From contig CALVKQ010000002.1 in NCBI GenBank assembly GCA_944332815.1, forward strand, positions 1,787 to 65,786: DNA of 64,000 nucleotides. The letters run 5' to 3'. How positions within the stretch are numbered: the first letter of the stretch is position 1; each line of letters begins with the position of its first letter. The notes below the pieces were generated by a model. That model saw only the letters and a program-made list of their open reading frames with translations. It was not told where the DNA came from and ran no database searches. Below are positions 36,291 to 45,644 of this stretch, piece by piece. The DNA comes from an uncultured Clostridia bacterium. Its GTDB lineage: Bacteria; Bacillota; Clostridia; Christensenellales; CAG-917. The position numbers and the translations under genes were made by a program.

Positions 36291-36595
36291 TGTTCACTCC
36301 TTCTGCGCGAAGTGACTCGGCAAACCGACGCACACATATGCCGGGTCATACCGCCCTCCCGTTTTCGCGCACGTACACCTCTCTCGACTTGGCAAATACC
36401 CTCGCCGCGCTCGTCCTCCGCGACAAAAACAGGGCGTTTATCGTCACGAAGTATGCTTGTCAACTCCTCATCCGTGTATTTGCGCGCATTGCTCTTGAAA
36501 AGGTCGGGACGTCCTGCCGCATGCACTCCGCCCACTTGCAGGAGCAGTTCCGCTATGCGAGGGATATCCTTCTCTGCCGCTCGTCTTACTTTCAC
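36287..36595 (-). pseudogene. GNAT N-acetyltransferase remnant (first ~65 aa only)
   Basis: MKVRRAAEKDIPRIAELLLQVGGVHAAGRPDLFKSNARKYTDEELTSILRDDKRPVFVAEDE is GNAT-like. The remaining ~35 aa are Arg-rich non-GNAT sequence, and the ORF ends overlapping the next gene (GTGA). It is too short for an acetyl-CoA binding fold. Confidence 0.4.
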
Positions 36596-36780
36596 CGTAC
36601 ACCTCTAAACGGACGCTGAGTTACGCCGTCCGCACGAACAAGATATCACCCGAAGAGGGCTCAATGCAATCCTTTTTTCACAGTCGCCGCTTTTTCCCTG
36701 TCAGCGACCGAAAAGCGCGACCGGCTAAAATAAAATACGCCCCATGCCATAAAGCATGGGGCGAGTGATCGTACGGACTT

Positions 36781-37965
36781 TCACTTGCGCTCTTTCAGGA
36801 ACTCCTCTATCTTGTCCAGCGCGATCTTTATCGCCTCGACGGAGTACGCGTAAGAGATGCGGATGAAATCCTTGCCGCTGTCGCCGAACGCGCCGCCGGG
36901 GACGACCGCCACGTTTTTAGCTTCCAGCAGCGCATATGCGAACTGCTCCCCGTCCATGCCCGTGGACTTGACGCAGGGGAAAGCGTAAAACGCGCCTCTG
37001 GGCTCGAAGCAGGTGAGCCCCATCGCGTTGAGCCTGCCGACGAGATACTTGCGGCGCTCGTCGTACTGTTTGCGCATCTCCGCCACTTCCGCAAAACCGT
37101 CCTCGAAAGAGGCGTTCAATGCGGCGAGCGCGGCGTATTGCGCGGCGGTGGGCGCACACATTATGCCGTACTGGTGTATCTTGTACACCACGTCGATTAT
37201 CTCCTTGGGCGCGCAGATGTAGCCCAGCCTCCACCCCGTCATGGCAAACGCTTTGGAGAAACCGCTGACGACGATGGTGCGTTCTCTCATGCCGTCAAGC
37301 GAAGCCACGGAACAGAACTTCACGCCGTTGTAGACCAGTTCGCCGTATATCTCGTCGGAGAAGACGATGAGGTCGTTTTCCAGAATGACGGGCGCGAGCG
37401 CTTCGAGGTCGCTCTTTTCCATGACCGCGCCGGTGGGATTGTTGGGGAAGGCTATGAGGATGGCTTTGGTGCGAGGAGTTATCGCTTTCTTTATCTCCTC
37501 AACATTGAGCTTGAACTCGTCCTCGATGAAGCATTTGACGCTGACGGGCGTCGCTCCCGTAAGGGAAACGAGGGGCGCATAGCAAACGAAACACGGCTCG
37601 GGGATGAGCACTTCGTCCCCGGGAGCGCAGATGGCGCGGAACGCGGCGTCCAACGCTTCGGACGCGCCGACGGTGATGATTATCTCGCTTGCCGGGTCAT
37701 AATGCACGCCGATGAACCCGTCGAGATATTTCGCGATGGCTTTGCGCAGTTCCATAAGACCGGCGTTGGCGGTGTACTGCGTCTTGCCCTGCAAAATGCT
37801 GTCTATCGCCGCCTGGCTGAACGCGCGCGGAGTTATAAAGTCGGGCTCGCCGACGCCCAGGGAAATGCAGTCCTTGCGCGTCGCCGCGATCTCGAAAAAC
37901 TTCCTGATGCCGGAAGGCTTCATATCTCTTGCCACGGGATTGAGCTTCTTTTGGTAATCGATCAT
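36781..37965 (-). CDS. PLP-dependent aminotransferase class I/II (aspartate/aromatic type)
   Basis: 394 aa. SGFSKAFAMTGWRLGY is the PLP-Lys motif. A terminator hairpin (gccccatgc/gcatggggc) lies downstream. Confidence 0.9.
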   Translation of the reverse strand: MIDYQKKLNPVARDMKPSGIRKFFEIAATRKDCISLGVGEPDFITPRAFSQAAIDSILQGKTQYTANAGLMELRKAIAKYLDGFIGVHYDPASEIIITVGASEALDAAFRAICAPGDEVLIPEPCFVCYAPLVSLTGATPVSVKCFIEDEFKLNVEEIKKAITPRTKAILIAFPNNPTGAVMEKSDLEALAPVILENDLIVFSDEIYGELVYNGVKFCSVASLDGMRERTIVVSGFSKAFAMTGWRLGYICAPKEIIDVVYKIHQYGIMCAPTAAQYAALAALNASFEDGFAEVAEMRKQYDERRKYLVGRLNAMGLTCFEPRGAFYAFPCVKSTGMDGEQFAYALLEAKNVAVVPGGAFGDSGKDFIRISYAYSVEAIKIALDKIEEFLKERK

Positions 37966-38176
37966 AATTCCACCTCTTATCGGTTATGCGAAAATTTTAG
38001 CACGAAATGATTTACTTTTCAACCATTTTTTATTTTTCCGCATATTATGAATAAAGCCTGCTCCTCCCCACGGCGCGCGGCGGCGTGGGACAGAGCGCGA
38101 CCGCGAACGGGAAGAGGCGAAAATTACGTGCTTGAAGTGCGCATAACTGTGTGATAATATAACTGTGAGGTGTATC

Positions 38177-38743
38177 ATGAGAAAATTGGTATCCATAATC
38201 GGCGACAGCAAAATAGAAAAGGACGGCGCGAAGTACCGCGCCGCATTCTCAATGGGCAAAGCGCTCATCGACCACGGCTACCGCGTGGCGTCCGGCGGAC
38301 TGGGCGGCGTGATGGAAGCGGCGTTCGAGGGCGCGCGTTCCTCCAAATTTTACCGCGAAGGCGACACCGTCGCCATCCTCCCGATGTTCGACCGCTCTCT
38401 CGCAAGCGACGCCGCGGACATCGTGATAGCCACGGGGCTGGACATCTACCGCAACGTCATCGTCGCCAATTCGGACGCCGTCATCGCAGTGGGCGGAGGC
38501 GCAGGCACCCTCTCCGAAATGACCAACGCCTGGCCCCTCAAACGTCTGATGCTTGCATTCAAAAACGTGGACGGTTGGAGCGCGAAAGTCGCGGACACCA
38601 GACTGGACCACCGCATCCGCTATCCCGAAATAGAAGAGGACCGCATCTTCGGCGTGGAAAACGCGGACGAAGCCATAGCCATACTCGAAAAGTATCTCCC
38701 CCTCTACACCGCCACTCATACGGGTATAAAGCGCGGCGACTGA
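38177..38743 (+). CDS. TIGR00725 / LOG-like (Rossmann, lysine-decarboxylase-like) family protein
   Basis: VSIIGDS...GGLGGVMEAAFEGA...AVGGGAGTLSEM pattern. ATG at 38177 after GAGGTG. Confidence 0.75.
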   Translation: MRKLVSIIGDSKIEKDGAKYRAAFSMGKALIDHGYRVASGGLGGVMEAAFEGARSSKFYREGDTVAILPMFDRSLASDAADIVIATGLDIYRNVIVANSDAVIAVGGGAGTLSEMTNAWPLKRLMLAFKNVDGWSAKVADTRLDHRIRYPEIEEDRIFGVENADEAIAILEKYLPLYTATHTGIKRGD

Positions 38744-38808
38744 CCCCTCTTTCTCCCCCCCCCTTCATCCCACAAAACCGATTAAAAGCCACAACAATGA
38801 CATATCAC

Positions 38809-38837
38809 AAAAAACGACCGAAAATTCGGTCGTTTTT
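38809..38837. terminator. bidirectional rho-independent terminator
   Basis: AAAAAA-cgaccg-aaaatt-cggtcg-TTTTT. Confidence 0.7.
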
Positions 38838-38941
38838 CGTCATATCCGCAGTCCGCCGAAGGTGGTGCTGCGCAGCCGGATGCCCGTGCGCGGACTGCTC
38901 TGCTCATGCAATCAGCTCGTTGACGAGCGCTCCGTGCGTGC

Positions 38942-41050
38942 TTACTTGATCTTGTTCATGGCAACGTCGTAAGCCTCCGCGGTGGCGTGCGCTATCCTGC
39001 CCACCTTGTCCGCGTCGCCGACGACGAACAGGTTTTTCACCTTGCCTTCGAGCTCCTTGGCGAGCGCGTTCACGGGACGTGCGCCGAGCGAAAGCACCAC
39101 GACGTCCGCATCCACCCTGGACTGCTGCTTGGTCTTCACATTCTCGACCAAAGCGCCCTTTTCGTCTATCGCGACGAGTTTGGTGGACAGCATGAACTTC
39201 GCGCCGGCTTTTTCCAGCTTGGGAAGAGCGTCGTCCAGATGCTGGAACCAGGTGCCGGGGGCTATCTCGTCCGCCATCTCGACAAAGGTCAGTTTATTCC
39301 CGAACTCGGCAAGCAGTTCGCCCGTTTCCAACCCGGTCATACCCGTGCCGATGACCGCCACTCTCTTGCCCTCGGGCTTGACGGAACCGTCCAGTATCTG
39401 CGTGGTGGTGAACACATTGCTGCCGTCCGACCCTTTTATGGACTTGGGTCTTACCGCGACCGCGCCCGTGGCAACAATGACCGCGCAGGGGGAGAGCGCC
39501 ATGACGTCCGCGGCTTTCGCTTCCGTCCCGAGCCTTATCTCCGCGCCGAACTTGCGCGCGTTGGTTTCGAGGTCCTCGGCGCACCAGCCTATCTTCTCCT
39601 TTTTCGGACCTTTGTCCGCAAGGTTTATCTGACCGCCGCAGACGTTTTCCTTTTCAAACACCACGGGTCTGAAACCGCGCCTGCCCAATATCTCCGCCGC
39701 CGTGAGCCCGGCAACGCCCGCGCCGATTATCGCGACCGTCCTGCCCTTTCCGTCGGAGGGAAGCTGCTCGAAGAACCTCTTCTCTTCGCCGAGGGTGGGA
39801 TTGACCGAGCAGCATCCGTGCTCGCCGACATAGGCGTGTTCCATCATGCTCTCTATGCAGTAGAGGCAGTTTATGCAGCGCTTGATCTCGTTCGCTCTGC
39901 CCTCCTTCGCCTTGTTCGCCCAGTGAGGATCGGCGATGTGCGGTCTGCCCAGGGACACGAAGTCCTGTATTCCCTTTTCCAGCTGCTCCTCCGCCTGTTC
40001 GGGAGAACGGATGAGGTTTGCCGCAAGCACCGGGATGCTCTTGACTTCCTTTTTGACGGCTTCCGCCATATAGGCGCGCCAGCCGCAGTCGAAGGAAGTG
40101 GGTTCCAGCCAATAATTGTAGGTGTCGTATGCGGCGGAGGAAACGTCGATCGCGTCCACGCCCATCTGCTCGAACGCCTTTGCGTACTTCACGCCCGTGG
40201 CGAGATCGTAGCCTTTTCCGGGTTTGCCTATCATGGCGTAGCACTCGTCCACGGCGAGCCTGACGACGATGGGGTAATCCTTGCCGCACTTTTCGCGGAT
40301 GCCTTCGATTATCTCCTTGATGAAGCGCATCCTGTTCTCGAAACTGCCGCCGTACTCGTCCGTGCGGAGGTTTGTGTTGGGGCTGAGGAACTGTTGGAGG
40401 AGATAACCGTGCGCGGCATGAAGCTCCACGCCGTCCACTCCTGCCGCCTTGCACCTCACTGCGGCGTCAACGAACTGCCCGATGAGTTTCTTTATCTCGC
40501 GGTGAGAAAACGCTCTGACGTGACCGCCCGACACCTTGCTGGGTTCGCACTTGGAAGGACCGGGAGAGGCGAACACCAAGCCCTTGTCCACCATTTTGCG
40601 TCCCATGCCGGGAGCTATCTTGTAGACGAGTTTGGGGAAGGACTTGCACAGCTTGCTGCACATATTGGTGAGGGGCACCATGTGTATCATGATGCCGATG
40701 TTCTGCCTGCCGGGATGATGCAGCTGCACAAAAAGTTTCGCGCCGTGACGGTGTATCCTGTCGGCGAACTTGCGCATGGGCTCGATGTGATAGTCGTGGG
40801 ACATGGCAAGCTGATTGAATGCCGCCGCGCCGTGGTCGTCATTCACTCGCGTTATCTCGGTGATGATGAGCCCGGTGCCGCCCTTTGCGCGTTCTTCGTA
40901 GTAATCCATGAGCATGTCGGTAGGGGTGCCGTCGGGGACGCCGAACCCCATCATCATGGGAGGCATGACGATGCGGTTTTTGATCTCGCAGCTGCCTATC
41001 TTCATGGGCGAAAACAACATTTTGTACTCTTTCTTTTCGGTCTGCTCCAT
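38942..41050 (-). CDS. OYE-like NADH:flavin oxidoreductase fused to FAD/NAD(P)-binding domain (2,4-dienoyl-CoA / enoate reductase family)
   Basis: 702 aa. N-terminal OYE TIM barrel (ELHAAHGYLLQQFLSP), an Fe-S Cys cluster (CINCLYC...CCSVNP) and GAGVAG/GTGMTG dinucleotide motifs. Confidence 0.85.
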   Translation of the reverse strand: MEQTEKKEYKMLFSPMKIGSCEIKNRIVMPPMMMGFGVPDGTPTDMLMDYYEERAKGGTGLIITEITRVNDDHGAAAFNQLAMSHDYHIEPMRKFADRIHRHGAKLFVQLHHPGRQNIGIMIHMVPLTNMCSKLCKSFPKLVYKIAPGMGRKMVDKGLVFASPGPSKCEPSKVSGGHVRAFSHREIKKLIGQFVDAAVRCKAAGVDGVELHAAHGYLLQQFLSPNTNLRTDEYGGSFENRMRFIKEIIEGIREKCGKDYPIVVRLAVDECYAMIGKPGKGYDLATGVKYAKAFEQMGVDAIDVSSAAYDTYNYWLEPTSFDCGWRAYMAEAVKKEVKSIPVLAANLIRSPEQAEEQLEKGIQDFVSLGRPHIADPHWANKAKEGRANEIKRCINCLYCIESMMEHAYVGEHGCCSVNPTLGEEKRFFEQLPSDGKGRTVAIIGAGVAGLTAAEILGRRGFRPVVFEKENVCGGQINLADKGPKKEKIGWCAEDLETNARKFGAEIRLGTEAKAADVMALSPCAVIVATGAVAVRPKSIKGSDGSNVFTTTQILDGSVKPEGKRVAVIGTGMTGLETGELLAEFGNKLTFVEMADEIAPGTWFQHLDDALPKLEKAGAKFMLSTKLVAIDEKGALVENVKTKQQSRVDADVVVLSLGARPVNALAKELEGKVKNLFVVGDADKVGRIAHATAEAYDVAMNKIK

Positions 41051-41133
41051 ATATTTCTCCCTGATCTTTCGTCTTTCGGCGCACCGTGCGGCTCACCGAA
41101 CAGCGACTTTATCTTTCAATATCGCGCGATAAA

Positions 41134-41655
41134 CTACTTGACGCGCTTATAATTGCCCGTGAGTGCGGCAAGCTGCACTTCAAACGGCATATCCCCTTTG
41201 TGCATCCCGAAAGGCAGCACCGTTTCTATAAGTTCGATGACGGTGTCGTCCTCGCTCTTGCCCACGTAAGCGTAACGGATCTTCGCGCCTGCGCTCTCGA
41301 AAGAGGCTTGCTGCAACACTTTCAGCCCCTCTTTTTCCGCGTGTGCGACGGCGGCGTCCAGGTCTTTGACGTTGTATTCGATGTGATGTATCATCTCGCC
41401 GTGACGCTCCAAAAATGCGGTGTAGATGTTGGGGTCGCCCTGCGGATAGATGAGTTCTATGACGGTGTGCCCTTTCCCTCCGAAGTAAAGGGTGACGTTG
41501 CAATTTCTCTTCTCGCCGTGATAGGTCATGTCGAGAGGGGTGTCGTAGGTGAGCTCATACCATTTGTCTATGCCCAAAAGACGGGAATAATGCTCTTTTG
41601 CCGCCGCCAGATCCCTGACGACGATGCCGACGTGTCCGATCTTTCCGAATTTCAT
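41134..41655 (-). CDS. VOC (glyoxalase/bleomycin-resistance/dioxygenase) family protein
   Basis: 173 aa. IGHVGIVVRDL start and a paired beta-alpha-beta-beta-beta pattern, with HHIEYNV metal-ligand context. Confidence 0.75.
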   Translation of the reverse strand: MKFGKIGHVGIVVRDLAAAKEHYSRLLGIDKWYELTYDTPLDMTYHGEKRNCNVTLYFGGKGHTVIELIYPQGDPNIYTAFLERHGEMIHHIEYNVKDLDAAVAHAEKEGLKVLQQASFESAGAKIRYAYVGKSEDDTVIELIETVLPFGMHKGDMPFEVQLAALTGNYKRVK

Positions 41656-41768
41656 AATCTCTCCTTAAAAGCGCGCGCGGTGTGCTTACGTGTACGCGCG
41701 GCGCACACTTAAATAAGTTTAACACGCGAGTGCGCGCAAGTCAACACCGACGGCGATATACGGCCCAT

Positions 41769-42059
41769 TCAGAATTCGTAGTCCACCGACACGCTCGCCG
41801 ACTTCACGGCATGGACGTGCTTTTTGACCACGAAAACGTGATATTCGTTTTGCTGATAGATTTGCATGGCTTCGAAGGACGGGAATGTGACGTCCAGCAC
41901 CATGTCGTAGCTCCGCTCGCTGTGCAACTCGTCGATGCCGACGGAGATGTCGCTTATCTCCGGCACTCTGCCCTTCATGGACAAAAACACCTCTTTGGTC
42001 TTTTCCAGCGTCTGCGGAGTGGGGTCTTTGAGCTTGTAACAAACTATGTGTCTTACCAT
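41769..42059 (-). CDS. Dabb (stress-responsive A/B barrel) family protein
   Basis: MVRHIVCYKLKD...HSERSYDMVLDVTF.SFEAMQIYQQNEYHV. ATG at 42059 after GGAG. Confidence 0.75.
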   Translation of the reverse strand: MVRHIVCYKLKDPTPQTLEKTKEVFLSMKGRVPEISDISVGIDELHSERSYDMVLDVTFPSFEAMQIYQQNEYHVFVVKKHVHAVKSASVSVDYEF

Positions 42060-42197
42060 GATCCGCTCCTGTTTTTTAGTGATTATAACCCATTTTTCGC
42101 CGCCCTCCAAGCGGATAAAGGAAATTGCCTCCCCCTTTTAACGCCTTTCGTCTTGCGGCAGCCGCCGCACGGATGTATAATCGTTCGGGAGGCAGCT

Positions 42198-43238
42198 ATG
42201 CTCACTTACACATATTTCGGCAAAAACGACTTCCGGCTCACCCAAAAACCCGTGCCCGACATCACCGAAGACACCGACGCTTTGGTGCGCGTGACGCTCG
42301 CCGCCATTTGCACCAGCGACCTGCACATCAAACACGGCAGCGTCCCTCGCGCCGTCCCCGGCGTCACGGTGGGTCACGAAGCCGTGGGCGTGGTGGAGCG
42401 CGTGGGCAAAGCCGTTAAAAACGTCCGCCCAGGGGACCGCGTTTCGATAAACGTGGAAACTTTCTGCGGAAAATGTTTCTTCTGCAAACGCGGCGCAGTG
42501 AACAACTGCACCCTGCCCGACGGAGGATGGGCGATGGGCTGCCGCATAGACGGTATGCAGGCGGAGTATGTCCGCGTTCCGCACGCCGACTGCGGACTCA
42601 CTCTCATCCCGGAAGGCGTGTCCGACGCGCAGGCGCTTCTGGTGGGCGACATCCTCGCCACGGGATACTGGGCAGCAAAGATAGCCGATATAGAAAAAGA
42701 CTCGGACGTGCTGGTCATCGGAGCAGGTCCGACGGGCGTATGCTGCGCGCTTGCCGCCGCTCTTAAATCACCGAAACGCGTGTTTATCTGTGATATAAAT
42801 GAGGAAAGACTGCGTTTTGTGCAAAATAACTATCCGTTCCTGACTCCGCTGAAATACGCCGACGCGCTCGGGACTCTGCTGCGCGAATGCCCTCACGGAG
42901 GGGCTGACAGCGTCATCGAAGCGGCAGGCAGCGAGGAAAGTTTCCGCCTGGCGTGGCAGGCGGCAAGACCCAATGCCACCGTCACCGTGGTCGCCATGTA
43001 CGACAGGGCGCAGACCCTTCCCCTGCCCGATATGTACGGCAAAAATCTGACTTTCAAAACGGGAGGAGTGGACGGCTGCGACGCCGCCGAGATCCTCTCT
43101 CTGATAGCTAGCGGCAAACTTTCTGCCACCGCGCTCATAACTCACACTTATCCGCTCTCGCGCGCCGACGAAGCTTACGCGCTCTTCGAGTCGGGCGCGG
43201 ACGGGGTCATGAAGGTGGCTTTGGAACCTTCCCTTTAA
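42198..43238 (+). CDS. zinc-dependent alcohol dehydrogenase family protein
   Basis: CTSDLH and GHEAVG zinc ligands, a structural-zinc CGKCFFCKRGAVNNC, and a GAGPTG Rossmann motif. The 518-aa track ORF is an upstream run-on. Confidence 0.85.
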   Translation: MLTYTYFGKNDFRLTQKPVPDITEDTDALVRVTLAAICTSDLHIKHGSVPRAVPGVTVGHEAVGVVERVGKAVKNVRPGDRVSINVETFCGKCFFCKRGAVNNCTLPDGGWAMGCRIDGMQAEYVRVPHADCGLTLIPEGVSDAQALLVGDILATGYWAAKIADIEKDSDVLVIGAGPTGVCCALAAALKSPKRVFICDINEERLRFVQNNYPFLTPLKYADALGTLLRECPHGGADSVIEAAGSEESFRLAWQAARPNATVTVVAMYDRAQTLPLPDMYGKNLTFKTGGVDGCDAAEILSLIASGKLSATALITHTYPLSRADEAYALFESGADGVMKVALEPSL

Positions 43239-43292
43239 CGCTCGGAAAAGTCAGGACATATGATCTGCCGTGCGCGCGGCTGCGTGCGCGGT

Positions 43293-44264
43293 TCACTCGC
43301 CGTACTTCACTGCGGCACGGCGGAGATTTTCCTTTATCTTGGCGCGCAATTTTTCGGGGGATTTGACCTCAACGGCGTTGAGATATTGCATCGCCCAATA
43401 TTCCATGGCGAGCGGACTGGCTTTCACGCTGACTTTCAGTCTGCCCTCCTCCTTTTCCATCCGCGCGCCGTTCCCGAACCAGTCCACGATGTCGTCCGCC
43501 ACCCCTTCGTCGGCGTAAAAGACGACTATCTCCGGCTTATCGTTGAACATATACGGCAGCGCGGTCGCGATCTCCTTATAGTCTATCCCTTTTTCGTAGC
43601 CGGGCAGCGAGCGGAGAGGCGTCAGCTTCGCTTCGGAGAGCTCGATGTTAGTGATGCGGTCCAGCCTGTAATAACCCATGTCATGCCACTTCTCGTTGTA
43701 TGCCATAAGGTAATAATGGCGGTTTTTGAGCAGCATCTGGTAGGGGGACACTTCGTGCGATGCGGACTTATGCAACCTGCCGTCCGCGCCGTATTTGTTG
43801 TAATCGAAAGTGAGGCGCACCCCCTTCTCTATCCCTTCGTCCACCGTGGCGACGTTGTAGAACACGCTCTTGTTCTCCGTCTTGTCCCAATCCCCGACCG
43901 AATAGACGTGCTTGACATGCGAGCGGAAATTGCGCCCCGTAAGCGAGCAGAGCCTGTCGATAAGGTCGCGAGAGTACTTCACCGTAACGTGTCTTGCCGA
44001 CAACACGCCGTCGATGAGCATGCGCAGTTCGGCGTCGTCGAACAATCTGGACGCCAGCCAGCTCCCTCGCCTGTCCGACGCGATGTCATACCCTGCCTCG
44101 CGGAGCAGCGCAAGATTGCGCCCCACTGCTTTGCGCTCCACGACCATACCGTATTCGTGCTCCAGGATGTCAACTATCTCCTCCTGTTTCAGATGGTGGT
44201 CGGCGTCGGTGTAATGCTCCAGGATCTGCAACACGCGAAGCAGCGCAAGTTTTTTGGTTTCCAT
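43293..44264 (-). CDS. HTH-WYL domain transcriptional regulator (GC-rich paralog of 1500-2477)
   Basis: 323 aa, colinear with the first WYL protein over its full length; roughly half the residues are identical by eye. WYL signature HYYLMAYNEKWHDMGYYRLDRI. Confidence 0.85.
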   Translation of the reverse strand: METKKLALLRVLQILEHYTDADHHLKQEEIVDILEHEYGMVVERKAVGRNLALLREAGYDIASDRRGSWLASRLFDDAELRMLIDGVLSARHVTVKYSRDLIDRLCSLTGRNFRSHVKHVYSVGDWDKTENKSVFYNVATVDEGIEKGVRLTFDYNKYGADGRLHKSASHEVSPYQMLLKNRHYYLMAYNEKWHDMGYYRLDRITNIELSEAKLTPLRSLPGYEKGIDYKEIATALPYMFNDKPEIVVFYADEGVADDIVDWFGNGARMEKEEGRLKVSVKASPLAMEYWAMQYLNAVEVKSPEKLRAKIKENLRRAAVKYGE

Positions 44265-44495
44265 GATACCCTCCCCTCTCCGCCTCCGCTCATCGGGAGA
44301 TCGGATGATGCAAAAGCATTATATCACCTCCGCTCCTCCCCCACAAGCAATCGAAGCGCAAGTCTGCCTTCGCGTCCCTAAAACGGTACATATTCCCTGT
44401 TTCCGGACGGTGACGCTCTGCCGCGGACATCGTAAAAGCGCCGATCAAATCGGTGTAAAGCAAACATAAATGACTTCTATAATATCTGCATTCGC

Positions 44496-44520
44496 GGCGA
44501 AAGCGGAGGGATGTTCGCCC
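44496..44520 (-). repeat. degenerate copy of the tRNA-Ser 3' end (acceptor/T-arm)
   Basis: ggcgaaagcggagggatgttcgccc versus the tRNA gene ggcggaggcggagggattcgaaccc (47927-47951), same orientation. Confidence 0.5.
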
Positions 44521-44614
44521 TCGTACGAACTTTGAATTTCTCAAGAGAGAACACTTTCTATACATTTGTTATAGTGTGCACTATCTTTGCAAGAGGTGTG
44601 AACACAAACCGAAA

Positions 44615-45544
44615 TTACTGAAATAATGACTCGAATGTAATATTCCACTTCTCCGATTCCTCCCATTGAGGCGAATGAGCAGAGTTTTCAAACCATATCA
44701 GCCTTTTCTCCGGAGCGTCGAGTTGTTCAAACCATTCTTCGGCAAGTGTGTGCACGCAGTTGAAATCGTGTCTTCCGAGCGTAAGATAAACGGGAACGTC
44801 CAGTCTTTTTGCCGTGTTCATAAAATCGGGATCATCTTTTGCCATAGGTGAGGAACCGCTGTAAGATATGCCTTTAATGTATTTTACGGTGCCTGAAAGC
44901 CCGTACTCTCCCAAAACAAGAGGCGCATCGTGAAATAGCAGCTCCTGCCAATACGGTCGCCTGTTGGCATATGTTGCGCCGCCCAGCTTATGGAGCACTG
45001 CACGCTGTTTCATCTGACAGGCCCTGTTATCGCCCGCATACACTCCGTTCTCCGGATATCCTATCTCTTCAAGCGTTTTCAGTGATTTTTTGTCATGCGT
45101 TCTTTTAGCCTCTTCGAGCGTCCACGCGTAGGACATCTGTTCGTTGCGAGCATAATCAACCACCTGACCTATGCCGACATACGCACATATATCTTCGGGA
45201 ACGGTTTGTGCAAGCCATACGCCTATCGCACTGCCCCACGAATGACCGACAATTATGATTTTATCTTTGCTAAATCGCCGTTTGAGCCATCTGACGACAT
45301 TGACAGCGTCGTTTACGATCAATTCTTTCGTCAAGACGGTTCTTTCGGCTTCGCGTTTATCGTAAGCCAGTCCGCTGCCTCGCTGATCCCACGCTACCAG
45401 TATAAACTTCTCAGCCAGCGGCGACTGAAATCTAAGCATATGAGCACGGTCGGGAGAGCCGCATCCCCCATGCAGAAACAGAACCACAGGATTTTTTATA
45501 TCCTTGCCTCTAATTCTAAGATAATATTTTTTCTCCATCAACAT
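44615..45544 (-). CDS. alpha/beta hydrolase (proline iminopeptidase-like)
   Basis: VVLFLHGGCGSPD and the GHSWGS nucleophile elbow. The start is ambiguous (ATGs at 45622, 45544 and 45538, none with a strong RBS). Confidence 0.8.
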   Translation of the reverse strand: MLMEKKYYLRIRGKDIKNPVVLFLHGGCGSPDRAHMLRFQSPLAEKFILVAWDQRGSGLAYDKREAERTVLTKELIVNDAVNVVRWLKRRFSKDKIIIVGHSWGSAIGVWLAQTVPEDICAYVGIGQVVDYARNEQMSYAWTLEEAKRTHDKKSLKTLEEIGYPENGVYAGDNRACQMKQRAVLHKLGGATYANRRPYWQELLFHDAPLVLGEYGLSGTVKYIKGISYSGSSPMAKDDPDFMNTAKRLDVPVYLTLGRHDFNCVHTLAEEWFEQLDAPEKRLIWFENSAHSPQWEESEKWNITFESLFQ

Positions 45545-45644
45545 CTGCAACTTCTTTGCGATTGATCCCGTATTTGCCCATAACCTTCTCCTATTGTGTG
45601 TAGCACACGATATTGTGAACATAAATTCGTTAGAGTGCTCCGCT

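Noticed and set aside
38177-38743. TIGR00725/LOG-like (SLOG-type Rossmann) protein, considered as a nucleotide-signal sensor of a defence system.
   Set aside because: It is a single gene with core-like GC content between an aminotransferase and redox genes, with no effector neighbour. The family is widespread in housekeeping contexts.
38755-38763. C9 homopolymer tract, considered as a phase-variation switch.
   Set aside because: It lies after the stop codon of the LOG-like gene and before a terminator, not in a promoter spacer or coding region.
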